The notes below the pieces were generated by a model that worked only from the letters and a program-made list of their open reading frames with translations, made no database searches and was not told where the DNA came from. 64,000 bases of DNA from Bacillota bacterium. GTDB taxonomy: Bacteria > Bacillota > UBA994 > UBA5500. The translations under genes were made by a program, and so were the position numbers. Location of the stretch: the NCBI GenBank assembly GCA_012735505.1, contig JAAYHE010000012.1, positions 13,829 to 77,828 of the forward strand. The letters are read 5' to 3'. Below are positions 12,470 to 23,553 of the stretch, one piece after another (the first letter of the stretch is position 1; each line of letters begins with the position of its first letter).

Positions 12470-12637
12470 GTCTTCTCTAGCCGATTTTGCTGATTTGGCG
12501 ACTGAATGTTCTATGGTATAATGTACTGGTTGTAAAACTCTACAGCAGTTGTGCTGCTAGGGCAGATTAAGGAAAAGCTTTTTGTGCTATCATGTAATAC
12601 AGAGTGTGCGTCAGATGCAGGAGGAGGAACGTGGACA

Positions 12638-13984
12638 ATGAAAGTAACTACTAAAGCCCTCGAGAACAATAAGTTTGAGGTACAAGTTGAGTGCCCAGTG
12701 GAGCAGGTAAATTCGGCACTAGACCAGTCCTATAGGAAAGTGGTCAGGAATGTAACAATACCTGGTTTCCGCAAGGGTAGAGTGCCACGCCAGATTTTGG
12801 AGATGCGCTACGGTGCGCAGGTCCTTTATGATGATGCTATTGAAATACTATTGCCTCAGACTTATGAAGCTGCTTTGGCTGAAGTAGACGTGGAGCCAAT
12901 CGCGCAACCAGAGGTTGAAGTCATCAAGTTTGAGAAGGAAGAGCCTGCTATCTTTAAGTTTATTGTCCAAGGCCCACCGCAGGTAGAGCTAGGCCAATAT
13001 CGCGGTGTGGAAGTGGAAGCTGTTTCCTTCCCCGTGACTGATGCTGACCTCGAGGCAACCTTGCAGCAAATGCAGCAGCAGCAGGCCCGTCTTGTCGAAT
13101 CGTCAGGAGATCAAGTAGCTGACGGCGATTACGTGACCCTAGATTACGAGGGCTTTGTGGATGGAGAGGCTTTTGCCGGGGGCAAAGCCAATGATTACAC
13201 CTTACAGGTGGGTTCGAATACCTTTATCCCAGGTTTTGAGTCCCAGCTGATCGGTTTATCCAAAGGTGAAGCAGCAGAAATCAAGGTAGTATTCCCGGAA
13301 GATTATCATAGTGAGGAACTCGCTGGCCAGGAAGCTGTCTTTAAGGTTGAAATTAAAGATATTAAACAGCGGGTTGTGCCCGATCTCGACGACGACTTTG
13401 CAGCTGAAGTTAGCGAATTTGATACACTAGAGGAATTAAGAGCCGATATCAAGAATAAACTACAAGAGTCTGCAAAGCAGAGGGAGCGCAACGCTCTGGA
13501 AAATAAGGTGGTTGAAGCAGTAGTCGCTAATGCCGAAGTCGTCATTCCCGAAGCCATGATTGAGCGTGAGATTGCTGAAATGATTCAAGATCTAGCAAAC
13601 AATCTTACGCGGCAAGGGTTCCCGGAAGAGTTCGCTCGCGAATATATTAATGATAAACTCGATTCGCTCAAGGAAGACTACCGGGAAGCAGCTCAGTCTA
13701 GGGTGAAAACGAGATTAGTGTTGCAAAAGGTACAAGAGACAGAGGACATCACTGTTTCAGATGAAGAACTAGAAGTTAAAGTGCAAGAATTAGCAGCATT
13801 TTACCGTCAGGATGCAACCGAATTGCGCAAGCAATTAGAAGAACAGGGTAGCCTGGAAGTATTGCGCTACAATGCGGGTATTGAAAAGACGATACAGTTC
13901 CTGGTGGAGGCTGCGCAGATTACGGAGCCAGTCGAACAGGCAGAAGCTCCTGTTGCTCAAGAAGAGGAGACTGAGTCAGAATAA
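12638..13984 (+). CDS. tig: Trigger factor
   Basis: MKVTTKALENNKFEVQVE..., PPIase FKBP-type segment (GFVDGEAF...FIPGFE), acidic C-terminus. GGAGGAGG SD. Extended -10 promoter TGGTATAAT at ~12515. Confidence 0.93.
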   Translation: MKVTTKALENNKFEVQVECPVEQVNSALDQSYRKVVRNVTIPGFRKGRVPRQILEMRYGAQVLYDDAIEILLPQTYEAALAEVDVEPIAQPEVEVIKFEKEEPAIFKFIVQGPPQVELGQYRGVEVEAVSFPVTDADLEATLQQMQQQQARLVESSGDQVADGDYVTLDYEGFVDGEAFAGGKANDYTLQVGSNTFIPGFESQLIGLSKGEAAEIKVVFPEDYHSEELAGQEAVFKVEIKDIKQRVVPDLDDDFAAEVSEFDTLEELRADIKNKLQESAKQRERNALENKVVEAVVANAEVVIPEAMIEREIAEMIQDLANNLTRQGFPEEFAREYINDKLDSLKEDYREAAQSRVKTRLVLQKVQETEDITVSDEELEVKVQELAAFYRQDATELRKQLEEQGSLEVLRYNAGIEKTIQFLVEAAQITEPVEQAEAPVAQEEETESE

Positions 13985-14034
13985 TTGTTTTGTGGGTTGC
14001 ATGAACAATTGTATGAAAGAAAGAAGGTGTCAAG

Positions 14035-14619
14035 GTGAGTTTAATCCCGATTGTCATCGAGCAGACCAGCCGTGGTGAGCGCAGTTATGACATTTACTCG
14101 CGACTCCTAAAAGAGCGCATCATTATGCTAGGCACTCCGATCGATGATCATGTAGCCAACTTGGTTGTCGCACAGCTCTTGCATCTCGAAGGCGAGGATC
14201 CCGAAAAGGACATCAGCATCTATATTAACAGTCCAGGCGGGTCTATTGATGCTGGCCTAGCCATCTACGACACCATGCAGTATATTAAGCCAGATGTTCG
14301 AACTATTTGTGTTGGTTTAGCCGCCAGTATGGGTTCGCTGTTGTTGGCTGCGGGTACGAAAGGAAAGAGGATGGCTTTACCTAACGCCCGCATCATGATT
14401 CACCAGCCCCATGGTGGTGTGCAAGGCCAGGCTACAGATATAGAGATTCAAGCAAAGGAAATTTTGCGTCTGCGCAATAAACTAAACGAGATTTACGTTC
14501 ACCATACTGGACAGCCTTTGGAAAGAATTGCGCGTGACGTTGACCGCGATTTTTGGATGGATGCTGAAGCTGCGAGAGAATATGGCATCGTTGACGAGGT
14601 CTTGGCACATCGAAAGTAA
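14035..14619 (+). CDS. clpP: ATP-dependent Clp protease proteolytic subunit
   Basis: [27 protein letters not shown], catalytic GLAASMGS...HQPHGG. Confidence 0.95.
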   Translation: MSLIPIVIEQTSRGERSYDIYSRLLKERIIMLGTPIDDHVANLVVAQLLHLEGEDPEKDISIYINSPGGSIDAGLAIYDTMQYIKPDVRTICVGLAASMGSLLLAAGTKGKRMALPNARIMIHQPHGGVQGQATDIEIQAKEILRLRNKLNEIYVHHTGQPLERIARDVDRDFWMDAEAAREYGIVDEVLAHRK

Positions 14620-14639
14620 ATCCGAGGAGCGGGTGATTT

Positions 14640-15896
14640 ATGCTGAAATATGATGACAAGAACGTAGTCAAGTGCTCGTTCTGCGGTAAATCTCAAGACC
14701 AGGTCAAGAAGCTGGTGGCTGGACCCGGTGTCTATATCTGCGACGAGTGCATTGAACTGTGCATGGAAATAGTGCAAGAAGAATCGCTGCATGAAAAAGA
14801 GCTAGACTTAAAGGAAGTTCCGAAGCCTAAAGAGATTAAGGCAGTGTTAGACCAATGGGTGATAGGCCAAGATTCTGCCAAGAAGATTTTGTCAGTTGCT
14901 GTTTATAACCATTATAAACGCATTCATACCGGAACAAGCCAAGACGATGTAGAACTACAGAAGAGCAACATTTTGCTTATCGGCCCGACCGGTGTTGGTA
15001 AGACTTATCTGGCTCAGAACCTGGCTAGAATTCTCAATGTGCCTTTTGCTATTGCCGATGCGACTTCGCTGACCGAGGCCGGTTATGTGGGCGAAGATGT
15101 CGAAAACATTTTGCTAAAACTAATTCAGGCGGCCGACTACGATATCGAGCGTGCAGAAAAGGGCATCATCTACATCGACGAAGTTGATAAGATAGCCCGC
15201 AAATCGGAAAACCCCTCAATTACACGTGATGTTTCTGGCGAAGGTGTCCAACAAGCTCTGCTCAAGGTCTTGGAGGGTACCATAGCCAGTGTGCCTCCCC
15301 AAGGTGGTCGTAAGCATCCGCATCAAGAATTTATTCAAATTGATACCACCAACATCTTATTTATACTCGGTGGTGCCTTCTCTGGCCTGGAGAAGATCAT
15401 CCAGAATCGGATAGGGCAGCGAGCCATGGGGTTTGGGGAAGACGTTAAGACGCGCCAGGAATTACAGATTGGCGAAATTTTACGCCAGGTACAACCTGCT
15501 GATTTACTAAAGTTCGGGTTGATTCCCGAATTTGTGGGGCGCGTACCGATAGTAGCAACTCTAGACAATCTGGATGAAGACGCTTTAGTAAGGGTCTTAA
15601 CTGAACCGAAGAATGCTTTAACTAAGCAATATCAGCGCATGTTTGAGCTAGACGGTGTCACCCTTGAATTTAAGGAAGAGGCCTTGCGGGCAGTGGCGAA
15701 AGAAGCTATTGAACGCAATACGGGTGCGCGCGGTTTACGCTCTATACTAGAAAGAGCAATGTTGGAGGTAATGTACGAGATTCCTTCTCGCAACGACGTT
15801 AAGAAGTGCGTGATCACGGAAGAGTCGATTCGCAATCAAGAACCTCCGATGTTGATAACAGGGACCCGCAAGAAGAAAAAGCAAGATAGTGCCTAA
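14640..15896 (+). CDS. clpX: ATP-dependent Clp protease ATP-binding subunit ClpX
   Basis: Zn-finger CSFCGKS...CDEC, Walker [12 protein letters not shown]-like IGF loop. Confidence 0.95.
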   Translation: MLKYDDKNVVKCSFCGKSQDQVKKLVAGPGVYICDECIELCMEIVQEESLHEKELDLKEVPKPKEIKAVLDQWVIGQDSAKKILSVAVYNHYKRIHTGTSQDDVELQKSNILLIGPTGVGKTYLAQNLARILNVPFAIADATSLTEAGYVGEDVENILLKLIQAADYDIERAEKGIIYIDEVDKIARKSENPSITRDVSGEGVQQALLKVLEGTIASVPPQGGRKHPHQEFIQIDTTNILFILGGAFSGLEKIIQNRIGQRAMGFGEDVKTRQELQIGEILRQVQPADLLKFGLIPEFVGRVPIVATLDNLDEDALVRVLTEPKNALTKQYQRMFELDGVTLEFKEEALRAVAKEAIERNTGARGLRSILERAMLEVMYEIPSRNDVKKCVITEESIRNQEPPMLITGTRKKKKQDSA

Positions 15897-15900
15897 GCGA

Positions 15901-15935
15901 AAACTGCGAGCAATTTTAGCTCGCAGTTTTCCTTT
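15901..15935 (+). terminator. Terminator after clpX
   Basis: AAACTGCGAGC-aatttta-GCTCGCAGTTTTCCTTT. Confidence 0.75.
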
Positions 15936-16018
15936 AGGGCTGATTTTAGGAAAAAGAAGGTTAAATTTGCGTTGCCCAGTTCATACTATAGACGGATATT
16001 TCCAAGGGGGTAATACAT

Positions 16019-17647
16019 ATGAACATAGGCAGCGCTATTACTCTGATCCAAGTCTTTTTTGGGATTGTAATCGGTATTTACTTCTTAAACTTGTTGCGCA
16101 GCCAGCAAAGCAACCGGGTTGCTATTGAAAAAGAGTCGCGCAAAGAGCTAGAGAAGCTAAAACGTATGCGAGAAATCTCTTTAACCGAGCCCTTATCTGA
16201 AAAGACACGTCCATCCCGTTTCGAAGAAATCATAGGCCAAGAGGATGGTTTGCGGGCGTTACGAGCTGCCTTGTGTGGGCCCAACCCGCAGCACGTGATT
16301 ATTTACGGCCCCCCCGGAGTCGGGAAAACAGCGGCAGCAAGGATAGTGCTAGAGGAGGCCAAGCGCCAGAGCAATTCACCTTTTGGTCCAGACGCTAAGT
16401 TTGTAGAAGTAGACGCTACGACGGCCCGTTTTGATGAAAGAGGAATTGCTGACCCTATCATCGGTTCGGTGCACGATCCTATTTATCAAGGGGCAGGGGC
16501 CATGGGGATGGCTGGTATACCCCAACCGAAACCGGGAGCGGTGACCAAAGCCCATGGGGGTATTCTGTTCATAGATGAAATCGGCGAACTACATACAGTA
16601 CAAATGAATAAATTGCTAAAAGTGTTGGAGGACCGTAAAGTCTTTCTGGAAAGTGCCTACTATAGCTCCGAAGATACAAATATACCACAACATATCCACG
16701 ATATTTTTCAAAAGGGTTTGCCGGCCGATTTCAGGTTAGTCGGGGCTACTACACGCTTACCCGAGGAGATTTCGCCAGCTATTCGTTCGCGCTGTTTAGA
16801 AATATTCTTTCGCCCTTTGTCACCCCATGAAATAGGTCAGATCGCACAAAATGCCGCCCGCAAAGTGGGTATGATCCTACCCGAGGCGGCGGAAGGGGTG
16901 ATCAGGAAATACGCTAGCAACGGGCGTGAGGCGGTAAACATTCTTCAATTGGCAGCAGGGATTGCTACAGAGGCGGGGCGGCACACAATTTCGGTTGCGG
17001 ATGTAGAATGGGTCGTTAACAGTGGCCAGTGTTCGCCAAGACTGGATCAGAAGGTGCCGTCAGAGCCTCAGGTTGGATTGGCCAACGGCTTAGCAGTTAT
17101 CGGTCCCAGCGTGGGTGCGCTGCTTGAAATAGAGGTAACAGCCATCCCGACTGCGCCCAAGCAAGGAAAGATCATCGTTACAGGCATTGCTGACGAGGAG
17201 GAAATCGGTAACTCCTACCACGTGATACGCCGCCAAAGCATGGCCAAAGAATCGGTACAAAATGTCTTAACTACCCTGCGCCAGGTATTGGATTATGATC
17301 ATAGCGATTTTGATATTCATGTCAATTTCCCTGGGGGTAGGCCAGTGGATGGTCCGTCAGCCGGATTGGCAATGACCATTGCCATCTATTCAGCCCTGAC
17401 AGGCTATCCTGTTGACAACAAAGTGGCTATGACCGGTGAAATCTCTATACGCGGTCTTGTTAAGCCTGTTGGAGGAATCGTAGCGAAAGTGGAGGCAGCT
17501 GTCCAGGCTGGTGCAGGTAGAGTATTAATCCCGAAAGAAAATTACCAAGAAATATTCCGGCAGTTGCCTATCGAGGTTATTCCCATTAGCCGTATTGAGG
17601 AAGCACTGCAGCTGGCCGTGTTGCGAACCGAAACGGCAGCAAGTTAG
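16019..17647 (+). CDS. lonB: LonB-type ATP-dependent protease (membrane-anchored, sporulation-associated Lon paralogue)
   Basis: N-terminal TM helix, AAA+ module GPPGVGKT, C-terminal Lon protease domain DGPSAGLAMTIA. tig–clpX–lonB–lonA–ysxC order as in Bacillus. Confidence 0.85.
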   Translation: MNIGSAITLIQVFFGIVIGIYFLNLLRSQQSNRVAIEKESRKELEKLKRMREISLTEPLSEKTRPSRFEEIIGQEDGLRALRAALCGPNPQHVIIYGPPGVGKTAAARIVLEEAKRQSNSPFGPDAKFVEVDATTARFDERGIADPIIGSVHDPIYQGAGAMGMAGIPQPKPGAVTKAHGGILFIDEIGELHTVQMNKLLKVLEDRKVFLESAYYSSEDTNIPQHIHDIFQKGLPADFRLVGATTRLPEEISPAIRSRCLEIFFRPLSPHEIGQIAQNAARKVGMILPEAAEGVIRKYASNGREAVNILQLAAGIATEAGRHTISVADVEWVVNSGQCSPRLDQKVPSEPQVGLANGLAVIGPSVGALLEIEVTAIPTAPKQGKIIVTGIADEEEIGNSYHVIRRQSMAKESVQNVLTTLRQVLDYDHSDFDIHVNFPGGRPVDGPSAGLAMTIAIYSALTGYPVDNKVAMTGEISIRGLVKPVGGIVAKVEAAVQAGAGRVLIPKENYQEIFRQLPIEVIPISRIEEALQLAVLRTETAAS

Positions 17648-17922
17648 GCTGTGGGGCATAATACGCGAAGTAGTGAGGCGTGTCGTGTAGCGTCTTTTTC
17701 CAGGACGGCCACGGCACGCCTTTGATCTTGGCCAATTGAAAACTGCCTCACTTCCAGTGTGTGGATTAAAGCTAGGTCTGAGCTGGCCGGCAGGCGCATC
17801 GATAGAACTAGGCAGGGAAAACTGGGACAGGGAGAGAATAGACTGAGCGAGAGGACACTAGGGTTTGGAGCATAGCCCTGCTTCCTTCCGTAACTGCCGT
17901 CACTAATGGAGGTGCAGAAAAT

Positions 17923-20235
17923 ATGACAGCAACACAGACATTAACACTGCCTTTGTTGCCTCTGAGGGGCTATTTAGTTTTTCCTTACACGATTCGCAAT
18001 TTAGATGTAGGCAGAGAGAAGTCTATTGCAGCCTTAGAACAAGCCATGCTAGATGAGGGGCAGATTATGCTGGCGGCGCAGAAGGATGCTGAGATAGAAG
18101 ACCCTAACCCTGAAGATATCTATTCTATGGGCACTATTGCTCATATTAAACAACTGTTGAAGTTGCCTGGCGGCACAGTCAGGGTATTAGTCGAGGGTGT
18201 AAAACGAGCACGTATCGAATCCTTTGAAGCAACAGAAGAATATCATCTGGTCAAAGTAAAGCCAATTGCCGAGCAGGAAAGTAGCAAAGCCGAAGTTTTA
18301 GCTTTGCAACGCACCCTTTTACATCAATTTGAGGAGTATGCTAAACTTTCCCGGCAGATCACTCCCGAGACCATGGCCACAGTTACAAACATCGCAGAAC
18401 CAGGTAGATTTGCGGACGTTGTCGCTTCTCATTTTTCCCTAAGTACGGAAGATAAGCAGGCCGTTTTGGAGAGTATAGATCCCGAGATTCGCTTAGAGAA
18501 AATGTGCCATATCGTTGCTCGCGAATTAGAAGTTCTAAAGTTAGAGCGTAAGATCAGTATCCGAGTGCGTAAACAGATGGAGCGCAATCAAAAGGAATAC
18601 TACTTGCGCGAACAGATGAAAGCCATTCAAAAAGAGTTAGGGCACGAAGACGAGCGAGTGAGTGAGGCAGAGGAATTGCGGAGAAAACTAGAATCACTGG
18701 CCATGCCTGAAAAGGCCAGGAAACAAGCGGAGAAAGAGATCGATCGCTTAGAACGTATTCCGGTGGGTGTGGCTGAAGGTGTGGTGGTACGCAATTACCT
18801 CGATTGGCTTTTGAGTATGCCGTGGGGCGAGACATCAACCGACCGACTGGATATTGACTTGGCTGAAAAAATCTTAGATGAAGATCATTATGGACTCAAT
18901 AAAGTAAAAGAGCGTATTCTTGAATTCTTAGCGGTACGCCAGCTAGCTAGTGAGATGAAAGGGCCGATTATTTGCCTAGTGGGCCCCCCTGGTGTAGGGA
19001 AAACTTCGCTAGCGAGATCAGTCGCCCGTGCCCTGGATCGCAAATTTGCTCGTGTTTCTCTCGGTGGGGTACGGGATGAGGCCGAAATTCGTGGTCATCG
19101 GCGCACCTATGTAGGAGCGATGCCGGGGCGTATCATCCAAGCCTTGCGGCAAGTAGGCACGCGTAATCCTGTCTTCTTGCTAGACGAGATTGATAAGATG
19201 AGTACTGATTTTCGGGGCGACCCTGCAGCAGCTTTATTGGAAGTGCTTGATCCGGAGCAAAACGTTGCCTTTGTCGATCACTATCTTGAAGTGCCTTTTG
19301 ATCTATCGTCGGTTCTGTTTATAACAACGGCTAATACTACGCACACCATCCCTCGGCCGCTATTGGACCGAATGGAAGTATTGGAGATTACTAGCTATAC
19401 CGAGGAAGAAAAATTGCAGATCGCTATTCGCCATCTCTTACCTAAACAATTAGCCGCACATGGATTACAAGACGAACAGCTGAGTATTAGCGAAGGGGCT
19501 TTGCGCAAAATTATTCGTGAATATACGCGGGAAGCTGGTGTGCGCCAGCTGGAAAGAGAACTGGCCGCTATTTGTCGCAAGGTTGCCAAAGAAGTGGTGC
19601 ACCAGGCAGACACCCACATCAGCGTTACGGTGCAAAATTTGCATACCTTCCTAGGGACACCCCGTTATCGCTACAATTTGGCGGAACAGGAAGACCAGAT
19701 TGGTGTTGCTACCGCGCTGGTCTGGACTGAAGTAGGCGGGGATACTACACCTGTGGAGATTACGGTGATGCCAGGCAAGGGTAACCTGATTCTAACTGGT
19801 AAATTGGGTGAGGTAATGCGGGAGTCAGCTCAGGCCGCAAGTAGCTATGTCCGATCACGAGCAGCTTCATTAGGCGTAGATCCTGATTTTCATCGCACTT
19901 GTGATGTGCATATACATGTGCCCGAGGGCGCAATTCCTAAGGATGGCCCTTCAGCAGGAATCACCATGGCAACAGCTCTAGCATCGGCCTTATCGGGACG
20001 GCCTGTCCGACGTGACGTTGCCATGACGGGCGAAGTAACCTTGCGGGGCAGGATTCTACCCGTCGGGGGCTTGAAGGAAAAAGCTTTGGCGGCTCATCGG
20101 GCCGGTATCGAGACAGTGATATTGCCGGAAGAGAATCGGCGAGACTTAGATGAATTGCCGAGAAATGTGCGACGACAATTGCGTTTTGTTTTTGTGACCC
20201 ATATGGATCAAGTATTAGAGGCGGCGTTACGATGA
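17923..20235 (+). CDS. lon: ATP-dependent protease La (LonA)
   Basis: Lon N-domain, AAA+ GPPGVGKTS, protease domain [15 protein letters not shown]; 770 aa. Confidence 0.95.
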   Translation: MTATQTLTLPLLPLRGYLVFPYTIRNLDVGREKSIAALEQAMLDEGQIMLAAQKDAEIEDPNPEDIYSMGTIAHIKQLLKLPGGTVRVLVEGVKRARIESFEATEEYHLVKVKPIAEQESSKAEVLALQRTLLHQFEEYAKLSRQITPETMATVTNIAEPGRFADVVASHFSLSTEDKQAVLESIDPEIRLEKMCHIVARELEVLKLERKISIRVRKQMERNQKEYYLREQMKAIQKELGHEDERVSEAEELRRKLESLAMPEKARKQAEKEIDRLERIPVGVAEGVVVRNYLDWLLSMPWGETSTDRLDIDLAEKILDEDHYGLNKVKERILEFLAVRQLASEMKGPIICLVGPPGVGKTSLARSVARALDRKFARVSLGGVRDEAEIRGHRRTYVGAMPGRIIQALRQVGTRNPVFLLDEIDKMSTDFRGDPAAALLEVLDPEQNVAFVDHYLEVPFDLSSVLFITTANTTHTIPRPLLDRMEVLEITSYTEEEKLQIAIRHLLPKQLAAHGLQDEQLSISEGALRKIIREYTREAGVRQLERELAAICRKVAKEVVHQADTHISVTVQNLHTFLGTPRYRYNLAEQEDQIGVATALVWTEVGGDTTPVEITVMPGKGNLILTGKLGEVMRESAQAASSYVRSRAASLGVDPDFHRTCDVHIHVPEGAIPKDGPSAGITMATALASALSGRPVRRDVAMTGEVTLRGRILPVGGLKEKALAAHRAGIETVILPEENRRDLDELPRNVRRQLRFVFVTHMDQVLEAALR

Positions 20236-20819
20236 AGATCTATTCGGCTACCTATAAGTGTAGCGGGGTGCGTGCTGATCAATATCCAGCAGACCGGCTA
20301 CCAGAGATCGCTTTCGTAGGACGTTCCAATGTTGGCAAGTCATCCCTGATTAACGCCTTGCTTAATCGGCGGAACTTGGCTCGGACCAGCGGCCAACCGG
20401 GCAAAACTCAAACCGCCAATTTTTATCTGATCAATGAAAAATTTTACCTGGTAGATTTGCCGGGCTATGGTTTTGCTCGCACTTCCAAGTCAGAAAGGGC
20501 TCGATTTAGCCGCATGGTGCGAGATTACCTGCTAAGCAGGGAAGAATTACGGTTGGTCGTGCAAGTGGTTGATGTGCGCCACCCGCCTACTAGTTTAGAT
20601 CAGGAAATGCATCAATTCCTATCGACAATACGAACGCCTAAACTGGTGGTGGCTAACAAGCTGGACAAGTTGAAGCGGTCTGAGGTGGAGCAAAAACGGC
20701 GCACAGTATTAAACGGCTTGTCTGGGCTAGCCCAAGATCGTTTGATTCTATTTTCAGCGGAAACAAAACAAGGGGTCGAGGCAGTTTGGCAGCAAATAGG
20801 CAGCGTCCTTACCTTGTAG
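20232..20819 (+). CDS. engB: Ribosome-biogenesis GTPase EngB/YsxC
   Basis: [28 protein letters not shown]-motifs. The ATGA overlaps the lon stop. Confidence 0.92.
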   Translation: MKIYSATYKCSGVRADQYPADRLPEIAFVGRSNVGKSSLINALLNRRNLARTSGQPGKTQTANFYLINEKFYLVDLPGYGFARTSKSERARFSRMVRDYLLSREELRLVVQVVDVRHPPTSLDQEMHQFLSTIRTPKLVVANKLDKLKRSEVEQKRRTVLNGLSGLAQDRLILFSAETKQGVEAVWQQIGSVLTL

Positions 20820-20835
20820 TAGACGATGTGGTTTT

Positions 20836-21828
20836 TCATTCTTGTTTAATCTTCTGGACTGCCTTTTGGGCAAAAGTATTACAGACGATTTGCTCGAGGC
20901 TGTATTTGCTGCCAATTTTTCCTAGTTCAAGCAAGATTTCTTGTAGCTGTTCAAGATGACCGGGTTGTAAAAGTGGACTTTTGGCCCATACCCCTAGTTG
21001 TTTATACCTGCCTATTGCCGCCACTAAAATCTGCTCGTCGATGTCTGGGAAGGAAGGGGCAATAAGTCGGGCTATTTCTGCGGGATTATGGTTGTCTAAC
21101 CAGATTTGGGCCCGGTATATCGCATTAGTAAACTTTTGCAGTAGCTGAGGATCTTCTATTATGAGTTCCGCAGCGGCATGATAGGCTGAAAATGGCAGCT
21201 GTATATCAAGAGCAGCTAATGGAAACAGCAAATGATCGGGGCCTGAGTTGTAGAAAGTGCTAGCATGGGGCTCCCACAGGTGGAGAATGTCGTTGGCGCC
21301 AGCTCGAAAGGCAAAGGAAGCCGGGTCGTTAGCGCCGTAATGGTGCAAGAACACATCGGAGCCAAGACATAACTTTTCTTGCAGTAGTAACCACTCTAGC
21401 GATAAGGTAGAAAGGTTAGGCGGGCCCGTCAATATATTCTTTCCGTGCAAGTTTTCCCAACGAAATTCTCCATCTTGGCCCTGGTAGGCCAAGAAAGAGC
21501 CGTCGCGCTGGGAGAGAGAGGCGAAAGCAATTAGCGGACTATCTGTTCCTGTTTGGCGCGAATTGATAGCCAATTCGGCGCTAGACAGGATTATTTGTCG
21601 TGTCTCCATTTCCATATTAGGTTGAGGTGCCAGTAGCAATTGAACATTTAGCCCTTCTTGGGCGAAATAATTGTTATGTAGAGCCACATATTGGGGGGCA
21701 AAAAAGATAGAATGGACAGTTTCGGTGACGATGATTGGCTGTAAATCTATTGTTTGTTGCCCGAGTATGAGCCAAGCCGCAAAGCCGATTAACGCAAGTA
21801 TTACAATAGCTAGGGTCAATCTGCGCAT
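20836..21828 (-). CDS. ABC-transporter substrate-binding protein, NMT1/THI5 (nitrate/sulfonate/bicarbonate) family; no cognate permease/ATPase nearby
   Basis: Signal/TM MRRLTLAIVILALIGFAAWLILG, periplasmic-binding-protein fold length (330 aa). AAGGAGAAAC SD on the minus strand. Confidence 0.6.
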   Translation of the reverse strand: MRRLTLAIVILALIGFAAWLILGQQTIDLQPIIVTETVHSIFFAPQYVALHNNYFAQEGLNVQLLLAPQPNMEMETRQIILSSAELAINSRQTGTDSPLIAFASLSQRDGSFLAYQGQDGEFRWENLHGKNILTGPPNLSTLSLEWLLLQEKLCLGSDVFLHHYGANDPASFAFRAGANDILHLWEPHASTFYNSGPDHLLFPLAALDIQLPFSAYHAAAELIIEDPQLLQKFTNAIYRAQIWLDNHNPAEIARLIAPSFPDIDEQILVAAIGRYKQLGVWAKSPLLQPGHLEQLQEILLELGKIGSKYSLEQIVCNTFAQKAVQKIKQE

Positions 21829-22104
21829 AAGTTTCTCCTTTCTTTTATAAGCAAGGAAAAGTATGTGATTAATTGCGAACGAGCTTCATCAAAAACCTAT
21901 GCCGGATTAGCTGGTAACTTGACTTTAACTTGTAATTTAGCCAATTGGCCCAATAGTGCTTGCCTTTGGTAATAAATTCTGTATACAATGTACTTAGAAA
22001 AGTCTGCCCGAGGAAGGTACGGTAAAGCATTGCCTGCTTTCCTTTGCAGACCGACAGCTTAACCTTAATAGGGAAGCTAGATCAAAAGCGAGGGGTGAAA
22101 GAGC

Positions 22105-23496
22105 TTGGCTGAGAAACGTGTAGGCATTATGGATACTACTCTCCGCGACGGCCATCAATCTCTCTGGGCTACCCGCATGAAGACGGAGGATATGTTTCCC
22201 GTCTTGGAGATGTTAGATCAAGTCGGGTTTGCTGCCATTGAGATGTGGGGCGGAGCGACCTTCGATTCTTGCCTAAGGTATCTAAATGAAGATCCTTGGA
22301 ACAGACTGCGGCTTTTACGCAAGATGTTACCTAACACGAAGTTACAGATGTTGTTGCGTGGCCAAAACTTGGTAGGCTATCGCCATTATGCAGATGACGT
22401 AGTAACCGAATTTGTCAAGCGAACAGTCGATAACGGTATGGATATCATTCGCGTATTTGATGGGCTAAATGATATTCGCAACATGGAATTACCCATGCGC
22501 GTGGCTAAAGAGGCCGGCGCTCATGTGCAAGGAACAATGGTCTACAGCATAAGCCCAGTTCACAACCTTGATTCGTATGTAAAGTTTGTAAAAGAGCTGT
22601 TAGACGTTGGTATCGACTCCCTTTGCATCAAGGATATGGCCGGCATCCTAACACCTTATGAAGCTTATAATTTAGTTAAGCGGCTGAAAGAATTCGTTGA
22701 TGTGCCTATTCAGCTACATACACACTATACTAGTGGCATGGCTAGTATGACCTACCTCAAGGCAATAGAGGCTGGCGTTGACATTATCGACTGCGCCCAG
22801 TCACCCTTAGCATTAGGGACCTCCCAGCCAGCGACAGAGACTCTGGTCGCCGTATTACAAGGAACTCCGTATGACACCGGGCTAGACCTTAAACTCCTAA
22901 GCGATATATCTGAGAAACTTAAGGAAATCAAGGCCAAGTACCCGCAGGCCAAAAACGTATCTGTTTATCAGGTTGATGCTAACGTCCTCCGTTACCAGAT
23001 ACCTGGCGGTATGATCTCCAACTTTATCTCGCAATTGGGTGATCAGCTCCATCTCCTGCCTAAGGTCTTCGAAGAGGTGCCGCGGGTGCGAGAAGATCTG
23101 GGTTATCCTCCACTAGTCACGCCATTTAGTCAAATTGTCGGCTCCCAAGCCTTGATGAACGTGCTGGCGGGCGAGCGCTACAAGATGGTTTCTAACGAAG
23201 TTAAGAATTACCTGCGAGGTCATTATGGCCGGGCCCCAGGTCCCATTGATGAGGAATTCCGTCGGCGCATTATTGGCGATGCCGAGGTTATAACCGTACG
23301 CCCAGCCGATCTTTTAGAACCCGAATTAGAAGCTGCTAGGAAGGAAGTTGCCTTATATATGGAGAAAGAAGAAGATGTGCTTTCTTATGCCCTTTTCCAG
23401 CAGGTTGCTCTCAACTATCTAAAGGAACGCGAGTCACGCAAGTATAATATCGACTTCGACCTAATTGAGAAGACTAAGGGCGGCTATCCTGTATAA
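22105..23496 (+). CDS. Carboxyltransferase (oxaloacetate decarboxylase alpha / pyruvate carboxylase B-subunit-like), lacking the C-terminal biotinyl domain
   Basis: HMGL-like TIM barrel (IMDTTLRDGHQS...LHTHYTSGM), 463 aa, ends ...KTKGGYPV with no AMKM biotin-attachment motif. Confidence 0.75.
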   Translation: MAEKRVGIMDTTLRDGHQSLWATRMKTEDMFPVLEMLDQVGFAAIEMWGGATFDSCLRYLNEDPWNRLRLLRKMLPNTKLQMLLRGQNLVGYRHYADDVVTEFVKRTVDNGMDIIRVFDGLNDIRNMELPMRVAKEAGAHVQGTMVYSISPVHNLDSYVKFVKELLDVGIDSLCIKDMAGILTPYEAYNLVKRLKEFVDVPIQLHTHYTSGMASMTYLKAIEAGVDIIDCAQSPLALGTSQPATETLVAVLQGTPYDTGLDLKLLSDISEKLKEIKAKYPQAKNVSVYQVDANVLRYQIPGGMISNFISQLGDQLHLLPKVFEEVPRVREDLGYPPLVTPFSQIVGSQALMNVLAGERYKMVSNEVKNYLRGHYGRAPGPIDEEFRRRIIGDAEVITVRPADLLEPELEAARKEVALYMEKEEDVLSYALFQQVALNYLKERESRKYNIDFDLIEKTKGGYPV

Positions 23497-23505
23497 GCGG
23501 GCTAT

Positions 23506-23537
23506 AAAAGGAAGCAGGCATCTGCTTCCTTTTTTTT
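23506..23537 (+). terminator. Terminator after carboxyltransferase
   Basis: AAAAGGAAGCAG-gcat-CTGCTTCCTTTTTTTT. Confidence 0.85.
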
Positions 23538-23553
23538 AGAAGACTAATCGGGG

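Noticed and set aside
13985-14034. Searched clpP, clpX, lonB and lon upstream regions for CtsR boxes (GGTCAAA repeats) and CIRCE (TTAGCACTC-N9-GAGTGCTAA)
   Set aside because: No convincing match was found. Only an AATTGTT-N15-AACAATT inverted repeat lies upstream of clpP, and it does not fit either consensus.
15959-15988. Possible forespore (σF/σG) promoter for lonB: -10-like CATACTA at 15982
   Set aside because: The matching -35 (GnATR) at the required spacing is poor (GGTTA), so the call is not supportable from sequence alone.
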